A stretch of 54,313 nt of DNA, filler included, from Sphacelaria rigidula (Eukaryota): the NCBI GenBank assembly GCA_964200075.2. It is 4 parts of 4 records of this genome, joined end to end, with 100 filler letters (N's around TTAATTAATTAA, not from the genome) between each part and the next. Parts side by side here need not be neighbours in the genome. Positions count along the whole stretch, not along the records: positions 1 to 13,506 come from CAXNAA020002840.1; 3 more parts are not named here. One strand, given 5' to 3'. The notes under the pieces are model-generated. The model ran no database searches. It was not told the DNA's origin and was given only the letters and a program-made list of their open reading frames with translations. Each line of letters starts with the position of its first letter. Positions within the stretch are counted from its first letter, which is position 1. Shown here piece by piece: positions 1 to 10,831 of this stretch. Both the position numbers and the translations under genes were made by a program.

Positions 1-2917
1 CCCTCGCGCCCACCCCCCCCCCCCCCCCCCCCCCCCCCTATCGTAGGATGACTCAGCTGCAGATCTTCGATGTGTCATACAGTACCCACGTTGGTTTCAG
101 GCAATGGCGACCGAACCACAAGGCGCTTCAGGTACGAGCGCACACGCCAGCTCTCTTTTGCTACACAACCGAACACCCCCCAAACGCCCCGCGACCGCCC
201 CTGCTCACAGCCCGTCGATCCTGTATCAACCGAATCGACCGACATGTGTCCCAACACACGCCGATTCATGCTTGCAGGTAAGGAGTACGCGGGCTATTTC
301 AATCGCCGCCCGCTGCGCAGACGGTTTTTCTTTCCCAACAAACACGGAACGTTGAGCCACCATGTGCACCGAATTATATCGGTACGATATATTGGGTCAG
401 ATATATTTGATTTTGTCTGTACACGAGCATGATGGAACACGGCGACGCGCGAGGCTCATGTTATTTTTACACGAGCTCTCGACTCTGTACTTTTGTCACT
501 TTTACACGGCACCAGTGTACACTACAGTTTGATTGTTTCCTCACCAAATACGCTCTGTAGTACATACTTGATCGTCCAGAAGGTGGCGTACCTCTCGCGC
601 TGAAATACTGTTCCGAATTGAAGTACTGACCACAGTACAGCAAAAATATACAAGTGGTCTCGGAGGGCAATATGTTGCGGACGGCGATGTGTCGTGCTGT
701 AGCATTCGTTGAAACTGCTGCCCTCTCTGAACAAAGTCATGCATATTGCATTATAGATATAATCGCACACGGCGCTGGTATAGCGTTGTATCGGGTGTTC
801 TTCGTGTGAAACGAACGAAATGACGACAGCACCATCGACGCGACCCTCCGCTGCACCACGCGAAGATCGTATGTACTGTACTGTGCCATCGAGCATTTTG
901 CTGTCTGGTGCTTTGTACGTCGCTGTCTGCACTGCACTACGCCGTACATATTTGTATTACGGTTGTGCTTGTACATTTACTGACTGTCTACCTGCACGAT
1001 GATACGTGATCGAAACCCCGACTCGGCTGTTTTCAGCTGCGCTGGTATTGCCTCTGGAAATCCTGCACCCGACAGTTTTTTTTTTCTCAACCTCAACATC
1101 TTCTCAAAACAGAACTGAGCGGTTTGACGTTGCTGTCCGCTGCGCCCCACATGTATTTCCCTTCATGGCATGCAGATTTGTCCGATGCGCTGTTGCGCTG
1201 ATGACAGTCACTGTATGTCTGTTGATTGTGACAACCTTCGTCTCCTTGTCTCTTCGTTGTTAAAGTTTATCCACCAACGCACGCATACTGTTTGTTGTGT
1301 GCCTTCGACCTTTTTTCTTGTTCCCCTCGTCTGCACCTCATCGAAGAGACCTCACCTGTGTTAGCGCTCATGCATGTGCGAAGTGCCCGGAACTACATTT
1401 CGATCGAGACTGTCGACAGTACCCTGCCACTCTATTTTCATTATTTTCGTTCACGCCGCCTCAGTCCTCAACAACTATGCTTCCTGCCACAACGAAACGT
1501 TCACTTTTCAACCTCCGCACCTCTACGTTACCGGTCTTGCGCAATTGCGCAGGTGTACAAGCCATGTCTGATATCAACCGCCCTTCGACTTCATCTGAGC
1601 TCGATGTCACGAAGTCAACCACGCGTAGTGAGACGGTTGGCAAAAACGAACTGGAACGTTTTGATGTTGATGATAGCATCGTTGCAGGACGTATTTTCAG
1701 GGACGTGAGTGTGGATGAGACAATCCTCCTCCCCATGATCACCCCACCCCCCTCGGTGCACACTCCCCTGTACGACAACCAGCCACTCAAAGCGCTGACG
1801 GTGACCCCACTCCTCATTCTCAGATAGATGGCATCTCTCCATGTGAGCCCTAATGCTACGAAAACCTTTCCTGACGATGACCTCCGCACCCAAACGGTGC
1901 TGAACCCTGTAATCGCCCCACTCTGGCTGTTGATACGCCACCCAAATCGGAACGATCCCCACCCACGCGTGACGAAGCACGCGACCGACTTGAGCAAACT
2001 CGCCCGGCCTTCATTCCCCCGCGCCATTGGTACAACGTCTCGGTAAATGAACAAAATGAGTGCTGGAATCAGATTGACAACAGCAATCTAGCACAGCTTG
2101 AACGTGCGTTGAAACACTTGGAATTTTCCCGCCTCCAGGCGGGTCAATATGAGGGTTTTTCAGGGGTGCGAGAGCCCGCGCAAGTCCCCCATAAGATAGA
2201 TGTCCATCCCGAGAAGAAGCCAACTGAACAGAGTGAAGTAGAGCGCACGATACGCGAATACACGAACGCTATGGAAATTGCGGAGCAAGAATGTGAACTG
2301 ATAACACAAAGACACTCAGACGTTTCGCACAATTTTTCACTATGTTGGCAAACCTGGCAGTCACAACTTCGTTCGTACGGTCGCTTACACCGCTAACGTT
2401 GTCCAACGCCTGAATTACCTGACCTGGCACACTTCCAACCACATGCACCGGCCCACTTACAAAACGGTACACGTTTACTCATGAGATAACTAGTGCTGCG
2501 GCTGAACCCCGCCAGGACGGTACCCACACGACACTGATGCTCACTTCACAACTTGACAACGTTTTTGAGAACGTTCTACAAGTTACGGAGACTCCAAATA
2601 ACATACAGTGGCGTAACCCAGGACGCGGTGCTTAGCCCAAAACCTAAGCGCCGCCACCTGCCTGTTTATTTCTACTTTTGACCGTTCATTTCTCGTTAGT
2701 TGGTAAAATACCACGATCAGAAATGAACGATGACCGGTAACTAACCACAGAAATATCCGTAGTTGTATGTCCCAACATCGTTTTTCGCTCGGCCAAGTAA
2801 CATACATCACACACGTGAATCAACGGCGGCCACCGCGGGTTCAACCATGTGGTGTGGGTTCCCTGGATATAACAGAAAATTATATGAAATGAGGTTCATC
2901 AATGAAATGAGGTTCGA

Positions 2918-3242
2918 GCTCAAAACAGTACTTTCTCTACGCTTTCAGCGATGGTGCCCGATGACTTCCTTGTCGGCCTAATGCCCCTCGATCGCGTAGA
3001 TACTTCTTCAGCGCATTTTATCGACTCTGTGAGCTTACAGCGCTGTCCGAAACCGCCATTTTTCCTTATTTTTTAGGAGGGGGTGATATCAGGGAAAACA
3101 GCAGTTTCGGTTAGCGCTTTAAGCTCACAGAGAGTCAGGTAAAATGCGCTGAAAAAGCTTCTACGCGATCGAGGGGCATCAGGCCGACAAAAACGTCATA
3201 GGGCACCATTGCTGAAAGTGTGGAGAAAGTATCGTTTTGGGC
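2918..3242. mobile_element. Foldback MITE with about 150-bp imperfect arms and a 4-bp TSD (TCGA)
   Basis: Termini GCTCAAAAC...GTTTTGGGC. Arm 2918-3066 pairs with 3091-3242. TCGA lies at 2914-2917 and 3243-3246. Confidence 0.8.
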
Positions 3243-3246
3243 TCGA

Positions 3247-3505
3247 GAGTGATCCTGCGATAGGGTCTGCACTTTTGGGGCCAAAACCGGCCTGATTCAG
3301 GGGTTCACAAAAATTAGAAACTACACAAGAATATGGGTCAGGATATCCCCGTTTGCAAATTCATTCGGGATATCCCTAGCAAATTGGAAGACAAACTCTA
3401 GTGTACTCTCACCTATTTCGAAAGTCGTGTTTTGGATGAGATAAAGGGTTCCTGACAATTCTACTCTCAAGCCGTAAAAGTGCTGACCCTATCGCAGCAT
3501 CACTC
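3247..3505. mobile_element. GAG...CTC MITE family (Sola-like), copy 1, TSD TCGA
   Basis: TIRs GAGTGATCCTGCGATAGGGTCTGCACTTTT and AAAAGTGCTGACCCTATCGCAGCATCACTC. TSD at 3243-3246 and 3506-3509. Interior homologous to copies 3 and 4. Confidence 0.85.
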
Positions 3506-4882
3506 TCGAACCTCATTTCATTGATGAACCTCATTTTATAGAATCCTATGTTATATGCTGACACTGCCTTGAAGGGTTCCAAGACAGTCGAAGCCCGTGC
3601 ACCGTTGCATGGCTATCAATCGAGCAGTGAACAAAGCCAACGTTTGAATCCTGGATTTGATCACCCAGTTTTACATCCACCAGGTACAAATCATATTCAA
3701 TCAAACCCCTCCCCTTCGGAGGAGAGGAAGTCATGTAGTGCAGTTACTAACGCATCCGGAGCCGAAATATCTTCTGGTACGGTCGACACTGCCTCTTCGA
3801 TCGTTCATCGGAGAACACCAAATTCAAAGCCACACACTCAAGCACCCCCCAACTGCTCGAGTGCGCGGCGAACCACCCTACGGAGTCCCGCAAAATCTAC
3901 GGTACCCGGTTCCCTTTCATTTGATGAGCGTAATTATTCCTTGAAGGGTTGCAACCACAAAGAACCCATGCTTTCCGTCGCTCAGCGGGTTAGAATGGAA
4001 CCCCAAGTGACAGCGACTCAGGTGGTGCAGGCCAAGAGCGTGACCTAGGTTCGACTTTCCGAAAACTCATTTCAATAGCTCCTGGAGCCGCCGACCCTTT
4101 CGTGCGCTATACGCGTCACCCTAGCGGCTCCTCCAGATGATCATGTAGATAACCCTGATGTAGCAAGCGCACGTGAACTCCAACGAAGAGATTGCGTGTG
4201 GGCTCAGACAGATGAAAACCTTAGAGTGGAAAAGGCCGGTACTCCCCAGATTTCGAACAGATCGTTACTGCTCCCTAACCACCCCTCGTGCACTGCGTTA
4301 GAACCCATTTCCGATGAAGCGTTGCCGTCTGTAGGGACAGAGACCTACGCCGACTCATGGACGTTTGCATCCTAGTCATGAAGGCACCTCAATCGTGTGT
4401 TTGTCACCAGGCAGACAAAGTGTTACGCAAGGCGACTCGTCTCCTAACTCACCGACGTTGGCCCCTTGAATAGACGCCGGGCTGAACATCACATCTTTAC
4501 CAACCCCGCGTCCTAACGAATCGTCTCCAAAACCTCCCATGGTGGCCCTAACTAGTGATGATATTGAGTTTGTTGGCGTATCAAACTCAACACCGCGCCC
4601 CGATGAATCGTCCCCTGTTTCGACCAAGCTGGATAATGTAATTGATTCCGCTTTGCACAATGACGATTCGCCCCCTCTGTTGGCCAATAAGGGTGAAACA
4701 CCACGCACAGATCAGTTGTCGGGTCCAACCACGACAACTGCCCTTCCCCGGCATCGCCCCTCCAATGCAGTATATGAGATTCAACCCTCGAATGATGAAA
4801 AACAATTCCAGGCACATACACTGACACTCCATGCACGCACCATCCTCCCGACCTAAAGCTTGTCCCACAGGATCATAAACGG

Positions 4883-5466
4883 GTGTGTTTCAGCACCTTT
4901 GTGCAAAACGCAAAGCAGGACGTGTCAGATGTCTTCCCCGAATTCGGGCCCGATCTCATCAGTGGTACCGCAACTATCGATGATGCTTTTTTCACGACCA
5001 AGATAGGTTTACATAGTGGAGCGCGCGCAAACTGTCATTTGATAGCTCTTGCACTACCAGACTCTGGTTCGCCTCAAACGTTCATTACAGCCAGCTGCTG
5101 GCAACAGATGATCAACGCGGGCGCGGCAGACGAGCATTGTCTGTCCACCGTGCACCCTCATGTGTTTGGTGGGCTTGGTTCCTCCACATCTCTTACGGTC
5201 AATCAATCGGTGAGACTACGTGTACAATTTACCAGAATACTACTCCCACTTTTCGGTTGTCCATATGGGCACTAATTGTGCCCGACGGTTCCATGTATTT
5301 TGATGTTTTGTTGGGTCGAGATAGTTGGCTTCGAGTTTCCACACGCACGTATATGACGGACACACCTATCCCGAACCGTCCAGTCACGGGCAAACTGTCA
5401 CTGGGTCATTTCGACATTGATCCGGGAGCTCATGCTTATGAGGATGACCCCACGCAAACAAGGTAA
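4883..5466 (+). pseudogene. Retrotransposon aspartic protease (frameshifted)
   Basis: ALALPDSGSPQTFI active-site motif (DSG) in ORF 4883-5275, and FDVLLGRDSW (ILGRD-type motif) in the overlapping ORF 5137-5466. Confidence 0.8.
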
Positions 5467-5893
5467 TGCTTTCTCTCTGTACAACGTTGGTGAACCTGTA
5501 GTCTCGCTTTCTCGCGAACCCCAACTTATCCAGGTGAACCTCGTGAGACGCAATGGATCGCCCGCCCTCACAGGACATTATTTGATCGAATTGCTCAAAC
5601 CTGATCAAGCACAGGTTGGTTCGTTTGAACGGACCGAAATCTTTGTCCACGAAGGTAGTCAGGCCATTTACCTCACGTCCCCTGCATGTTTCCATGTATT
5701 CAACGGTCAGCTGTTGGGTTATGCTCAAGCGCCTCTCATACGAACCGCTCTGTCAGATGTGTGCCCCCCTGCGGACAACAGCTCGTCAACCGATCCCCCG
5801 AAATCCACGGGCCCCCCTCCACTACACATGCCTGACCGTATGGTAGTGACAAATCCACCAGATGCGCCTGATCCTCAACCCCCAACTGCATGA

Positions 5894-7510
5894 TTGGATA
5901 GATTATCCCCAGAACAACGCACCAGTTTTCAAAGGTTGTGGGATGACATCTCCCCTCACTTACGGCATATTGTTTTTGATCTATCTGGCGATGGTTGGAC
6001 AACCACTGTAATCGATCGATTGAAATCCATCTTGATTAGATATTCTGAACGGTTTTCTACTGCACCCTTGGATTTAGGTCGATGTACCACGACACCGTTC
6101 AAGATCAAAATCCCTGATGGTACGCCGCCTATCGCTATGCGGCCGTACCGTACGAACCCCCACGTAGCGGATAAGATCCAGGTAATTCTCGATGGTTACT
6201 TATCCGCCGGTTTAATCCGGCACTCGACGTCTCTGTGGGCCTCGCCTTTAGTAGTCGTCCGTAAGAAGAATGGCGAAATCAGACTGACAGTCAATTATCA
6301 ACGATTGAACGCTGTCACCAAAATCGCCCGGCTGCCACTTCCACGAATTGATGAAATTATTGACTCTCTTGGCGGGGGTAAGGTATTTTCGAACTTCGAC
6401 AAGCAGTCCGGCTACCACCAGCTCGTGATGGATACAAATTCCATTAAACTGACAGCGTTTTGCACGCCATCAGGTTTGCATGAGTGGCTGATTACACCAC
6501 AAGGTGCCGCCGGAGCTCCAGGTGCGTTTCAACGTGTAATGTTCCGTGTAACTGATGGATTGCCCAAATGCCATATGTACCTTGATGATGCGGTGTGCCA
6601 CGACTCCACACCGGATGAACACGCCGAACAGTTGGCATCATTCTTCAATCGGTTTGAACAACACAGTTTGAAACTCGCACCCTCCAAATCCCGCATTGGC
6701 GCCACGAAGATTGAGTTCTTGGGTCATTGCATCACCCCTGAAGGTCGTAGCCCAAACCTCGACAAGGTCGCCGCACTCGCCGATATGCCCATGCCACGAG
6801 ACATTTCTCAACTGCGTTCCTTATTGGGAAGTCTAAGCTACTACAGACAGTACTTGCCAAACCTTGCCCAAACGCTAAAACCCCTCGCCACCTTCCTCAA
6901 AAAAGGGGTGAAATTTGTGTTCACATTGGAAAGGGAAAAAACCGCCCGCCGTCTTTTTGACACCCTTTCGCGCCCGCCGATTCTCGTCTTCCCCGACTGG
7001 TCGGCCGCGGAGCAGGATTCCCGCCCTTTCCGGCTCCATACAGATTCTTCCAAAATCGGGTATGGCTGCACATTAGAACAGGAGCAAGTCGATGCTACTG
7101 TTCGTCCCATTGTCTATCTGAGTCGTACCACTTTTCCGAATGAACAGAATTGGTCTGTCATGGAACAAGAGGCCGGCGCAGTTGTTTGGGGCGTGCGACA
7201 TCTGCGTCAGTGTTTGTATGACATCCCGTTTGTGATTCATACGGATCATAAGCCTTTGGAAAGCCTTGCCAAAATGGCGAAACTCAACGCTAGGGTACAA
7301 CACTGGTGCGAAATCCTGTCGTCTTACAACTTTCAACTGAAGTACCGCACAGGTCCCCAGAATGCAAACACCGACTTTCTGTCACGCTTGCCCACACCAG
7401 CTCAAGCTATCGATGAGTTCCCCATGGGACGTATCACCGATCCCACCGAAGACATTGTATATTTCATTAGCAGGAAGGGCATAGAGGTTTCTAGACACAC
7501 CTTTCACTGA
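5894..7510 (+). CDS. pol: Ty3/Gypsy pol: reverse transcriptase + RNase H (538-aa open fragment)
   Basis: RT motifs WASPLVVVRKKNGEIRLTVNYQRLN, LPLPRIDE, TAFCTP, PQGAAGAPGAFQR, YLDD and FLGH. RNase H motifs LHTDSSKIGYG, EQEAGAVVW, TDHKPL and NANTDFLSR. Confidence 0.95.
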   Translation: MDRLSPEQRTSFQRLWDDISPHLRHIVFDLSGDGWTTTVIDRLKSILIRYSERFSTAPLDLGRCTTTPFKIKIPDGTPPIAMRPYRTNPHVADKIQVILDGYLSAGLIRHSTSLWASPLVVVRKKNGEIRLTVNYQRLNAVTKIARLPLPRIDEIIDSLGGGKVFSNFDKQSGYHQLVMDTNSIKLTAFCTPSGLHEWLITPQGAAGAPGAFQRVMFRVTDGLPKCHMYLDDAVCHDSTPDEHAEQLASFFNRFEQHSLKLAPSKSRIGATKIEFLGHCITPEGRSPNLDKVAALADMPMPRDISQLRSLLGSLSYYRQYLPNLAQTLKPLATFLKKGVKFVFTLEREKTARRLFDTLSRPPILVFPDWSAAEQDSRPFRLHTDSSKIGYGCTLEQEQVDATVRPIVYLSRTTFPNEQNWSVMEQEAGAVVWGVRHLRQCLYDIPFVIHTDHKPLESLAKMAKLNARVQHWCEILSSYNFQLKYRTGPQNANTDFLSRLPTPAQAIDEFPMGRITDPTEDIVYFISRKGIEVSRHTFH

Positions 7511-8124
7511 GAGAAAGGCCGGCTTTATGCATGGGTGGGCTGACGACCACAGCCCACGCATCAGTTCTAGGCAGGTTGCAACCTCAATCGTTGTACTCAG
7601 TTTGGAATGGACTGTCTACGAATACTGTTGGCTATGATCATTTTCGTGCAACTGGCCAGCGCATGGTTTTTGCAGTAAGTGTAGAACCGTCCTTTGTTGA
7701 CTCCGTCTTACCAGTTTAAGTTCGAGATTTGATTTCGAGTAGGATTCGTGGACGGCGAACCGCCGAAACGGCCACCAAATTAGCCGTATCTGGTCTTGAC
7801 CTTCCCCTCCCTGCCCCCACCCCGGTCCCCGATAGTTTCCTTGCGCCTCCTCAACCTTCACGACGCAAGGCCCCCAGAAAATCGACCACGACCGTACTGC
7901 CTGTGCCAACCATAGCCGAAACCACGGCTGTGCCCCCGTCGCTTGGTGCTGATATTAAGAACACCACCACAACACCCTCCACGCTAATCGACGCAGGAGT
8001 AGACGTTAACGTTCCGTCTGAGAGTACACCAACTGGTATGCTCACCCTTGATTCCGAAATCACCGCTTCGTGCCAACCGCGCCCCGAACCGACCTAACAC
8101 GAAGTAGTCGCTTCAACAGATGGC

Positions 8125-9312
8125 GTGTTCAATGAACGTTTGACTCTCTTCTCCCTCGCCGATTTGGCCCGGGAACAACAGGCAGAGCCTGCTTGTAAAT
8201 CAGCTATCCATTATCTCTCTAAAGGTTGCACATGTCCATTCTTAGAAACCGAATTCCTTTTGCCAGTCGGGACTCTCGAAGCACCCACCCAGGATGAGGT
8301 TACTGAACTTCCAAGGAAATGTATGCTACATACGAATAATGATGGTATAGTTCTGTTAGTTCGCCGGTCCACAGCAGCCCTCCCCAGGGGGAAGCCTACA
8401 ACTCGACATGACCGCTTGATAGGTGATAAACCCATCCGCATCTATGTCCCGATGCTCCTGCGCCCATGCGTTCTACACGAATGCCGTTCACAGGCATCGA
8501 CTCATTTAGGCGCCATTAGGACCTCCCAGATGTTAGAACGTTTTTTTGGTGAATTTGTATGGATCAGTGTTGTCGTTGGTGGGTGAGCCGTTGTCTTTTG
8601 TGTCAGGCGGAAAAACTTCTCGTCAAACAGTTCGTTGGCCGATTGTTTCCATGCCACTCCCAAACGTGCCTGGTGAAGTAGTTTCGCGGGACTCTTCTCG
8701 TCCTTTGCCCCTGACGAATAGTGGAAATAGATATATTTTGTTGTTTACGGATAGATTTAGTCGACATGCGGTGATACACGCCGTCCCCCCAGTAGTTATA
8801 TCGCGGAATATACCGCCAACGTTCTTGTCTACATATACCTCCCTTAGTGGGGTGTGCCCGAACGCTTACTGTCTGACAACGACCCGCATTTTTCAGGCAA
8901 ACTTTCAGCCGCCGTCAGTGACCATTTTGGTGCCCATCGCATTTTCACCAGTTCATATCACCCTCCCACCAATGGTGGAACGGAACGAGTGAACCATACG
9001 ATGGCACAGATGCTTGCTGCTGTAGCAAATAAGAGACAGATGGACTGGGACCTGCACCTTCCCCTTGTCCAGATGAACTACAACAATTCAGTCAATGCCG
9101 CTACGGGATTGTCGCCGAATAAAATTCATATTGGACGCATGCCTAGGTTACCATTAACGGTATTCGAACGCAAAAATACAGGCGGACATCAGAGTCTAGA
9201 TCGTGATGTTGTAGAGTATCATTCGTCGGTTAGCTATCGCCTTCGTCTTGCATATGAAGTGGTACGAGAACAGAACCAAATGAATTTGGCAAAGGTGGCC
9301 AGGGCGAACTAG
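8125..9312 (+). pseudogene. Retroviral-type integrase (HHCC + DDE core), frameshifted
   Basis: HECRSQASTHLG ... CLLC zinc-finger remnant, then YILLFTDRFSRH, LLSDNDPHF, SSYHPPTNGGTERVNHT, WDLHLP and YNNSVNAATGLSP, spread over three frames. Confidence 0.9.
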
Positions 9313-10601
9313 ATGTTGGATGATGTGATTCATAACCGCCCAGTGTGGAGGGTAGGCCAATGGGCATGGGCGTATAACGATGTGAAGACCATTAATCAAT
9401 GGGCTAGCTCGAAATCATCATCTTTGGACAAAGTGTTGAAGGCGAAACCATCCTTGAATTGGACTGGTCCTTGGAAAATTTTAGCTGTTGGTCCAAGCGC
9501 TACCGCACCCGACAAGAGTCCGGCGGGAGCGAAACTTTTATATTTGTATTTTCCCACGGATGAACCTGGTTTGAAACCGAAAAACCGCGTCTCGATGCTC
9601 CGATGCAAACCGTGTATCCCCCCTCATGACTCCTTTGACATGCCCAAACAACTGCCGGTAGGGCTTAGCCAGTATGTGTTGACCAAGTATGCGATCAAAA
9701 CTCCGCCGTATTATATGACGGTTGAGGATGCGGACGCACCCCTGGAACGCGTTGAGGTAGATAGGATTTCGGGCCATCAACTGGTTCGCGATCGTGGAGG
9801 TCAGATAGCGGTAATGTATCAAACAGATTGGAAGGGTATCATCCGTGCTACATGAGAGCGTGAACTTGATTTGCGTCATTTTCGTCGGGAAATATTGCTG
9901 TACTGGGTAGGAGACACCGTTCAACACCGCCCGTTGAACAAGAGATATCGGTCGATGCGTAAGGGGGCTGCCGTTCGGGAACTGGCACGTGAACACTCAG
10001 CGCGGTTTTTTGTGACAGGCTATAGCTTTCTTTCGCGTTCACAGTACATGCAGTGTTTTCACGGAAAACGCTTGCCGAAAGGTGCGTACTTTTGGTATAA
10101 GGCCTTGGATGCACTGTGGTGGCTGTGTAAAATTCATTTGATCGATCCTGCGTCTGACCACTCCTACTTTATCCGTTTCCTCGATAACCCGACCCCCCTT
10201 AAGGTTCGCTTGGGTGATACCTACCACACCGAGGAGCCGACCGCTCGGAGGGGATCCTGGTGCCTCCGACGACACGACCAAGGCGAAGTCGAAACAGCCG
10301 AGTGATGGTACGGTAGGGTTGCACTTTTTGAGCGAAAACGTTTCTCGGGGTGTTACACGGATCATTTTGAGAATCGGCATCATTTTCACTTGAAAAAGCC
10401 AAAAATGATGCCGATTCACAAAAAAGCCCCCTGTGTGCATCTCCATGTCCTGTCCCCCGAGATTTGGGTTGCACAGTAAGCCCCATATATTTGGGCTCCT
10501 ACAAAAACGAGACCCAGAAACAAAAAGTGCAACCCCTATCGTAGCACTGCTCAGCCGTTCTACGGAACACGGACACCGTTCGGGATGCAGATGACTCATG
10601 A
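9313..10601 (+). pseudogene. Integrase C-terminal extension: GPY/F-like motif, chromodomain and Tudor-like domain; interrupted by stops and a MITE
   Basis: WTGPWKI, then VEVDRISGHQ...MYQTDWKG...T*ERELDL...ILLYW (chromodomain pattern, TGA at the W position 9853), then GAYFWYKALDALWWLCKI...YFIRFLDNP...GSWCL. Removing the 10300-10552 insertion and one TSD copy continues the frame to TGA at 10599-10601. Confidence 0.75.
10300..10552. mobile_element. GAG...CTC MITE family (Sola-like), copy 2, TSD AGCC
   Basis: TIRs GAGTGATGGTACGGTAGGGTTGCACTTTTTG and CAAAAAGTGCAACCCCTATCGTAGCACTGCTC. AGCC at 10296-10299 and 10553-10556. Interior differs from the other copies. Confidence 0.85.
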
Positions 10602-10706
10602 TGCCGCATCCGAGTCTGCTCCCCATTCACCTTGCGTATTGTACCACGTTCGAGTCGCTTGTCTTGCACCGTAGCGTCGTTGGCAACCCATATGTCCCCT
10701 GCCCCC

Positions 10707-10831
10707 CAATCAGTGCAAAAACAAATGAAGGGGGGGGGTGTACTCATGATCATGCATGCCAATGGTCTTATGACTATGGCATGCATGATCATGAGTACAC
10801 CCCCCCCCTTCATTTGTTTTTGTACTGATTG
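10707..10831. repeat. Near-perfect 125-bp hairpin (mini-MITE)
   Basis: CAATCAGTGCAAAAACAAATGAAG(G)nTGTACTCATGATCATGCATGCCA is mirrored by TGGCATGCATGATCATGAGTACA(C)nTTCATTTGTTTTTGTACTGATTG. A half copy lies at about 40214-40262. Confidence 0.85.

Larger units (their letters stand above)
2883..3540. repeat. Small palindromic element (31-bp arms around a central TCGA) split by two MITE insertions
   Basis: TATGAAATGAGGTTCATCAATGAAATGAGGT (2883-2913) is the reverse complement of 3510-3540 with one mismatch. Confidence 0.85.

Noticed and set aside
1..1000. 5' LTR matching sequence after about 11800
   Set aside because: No direct repeat between the two ends and no convincing PBS could be seen, so LTR boundaries were not called.
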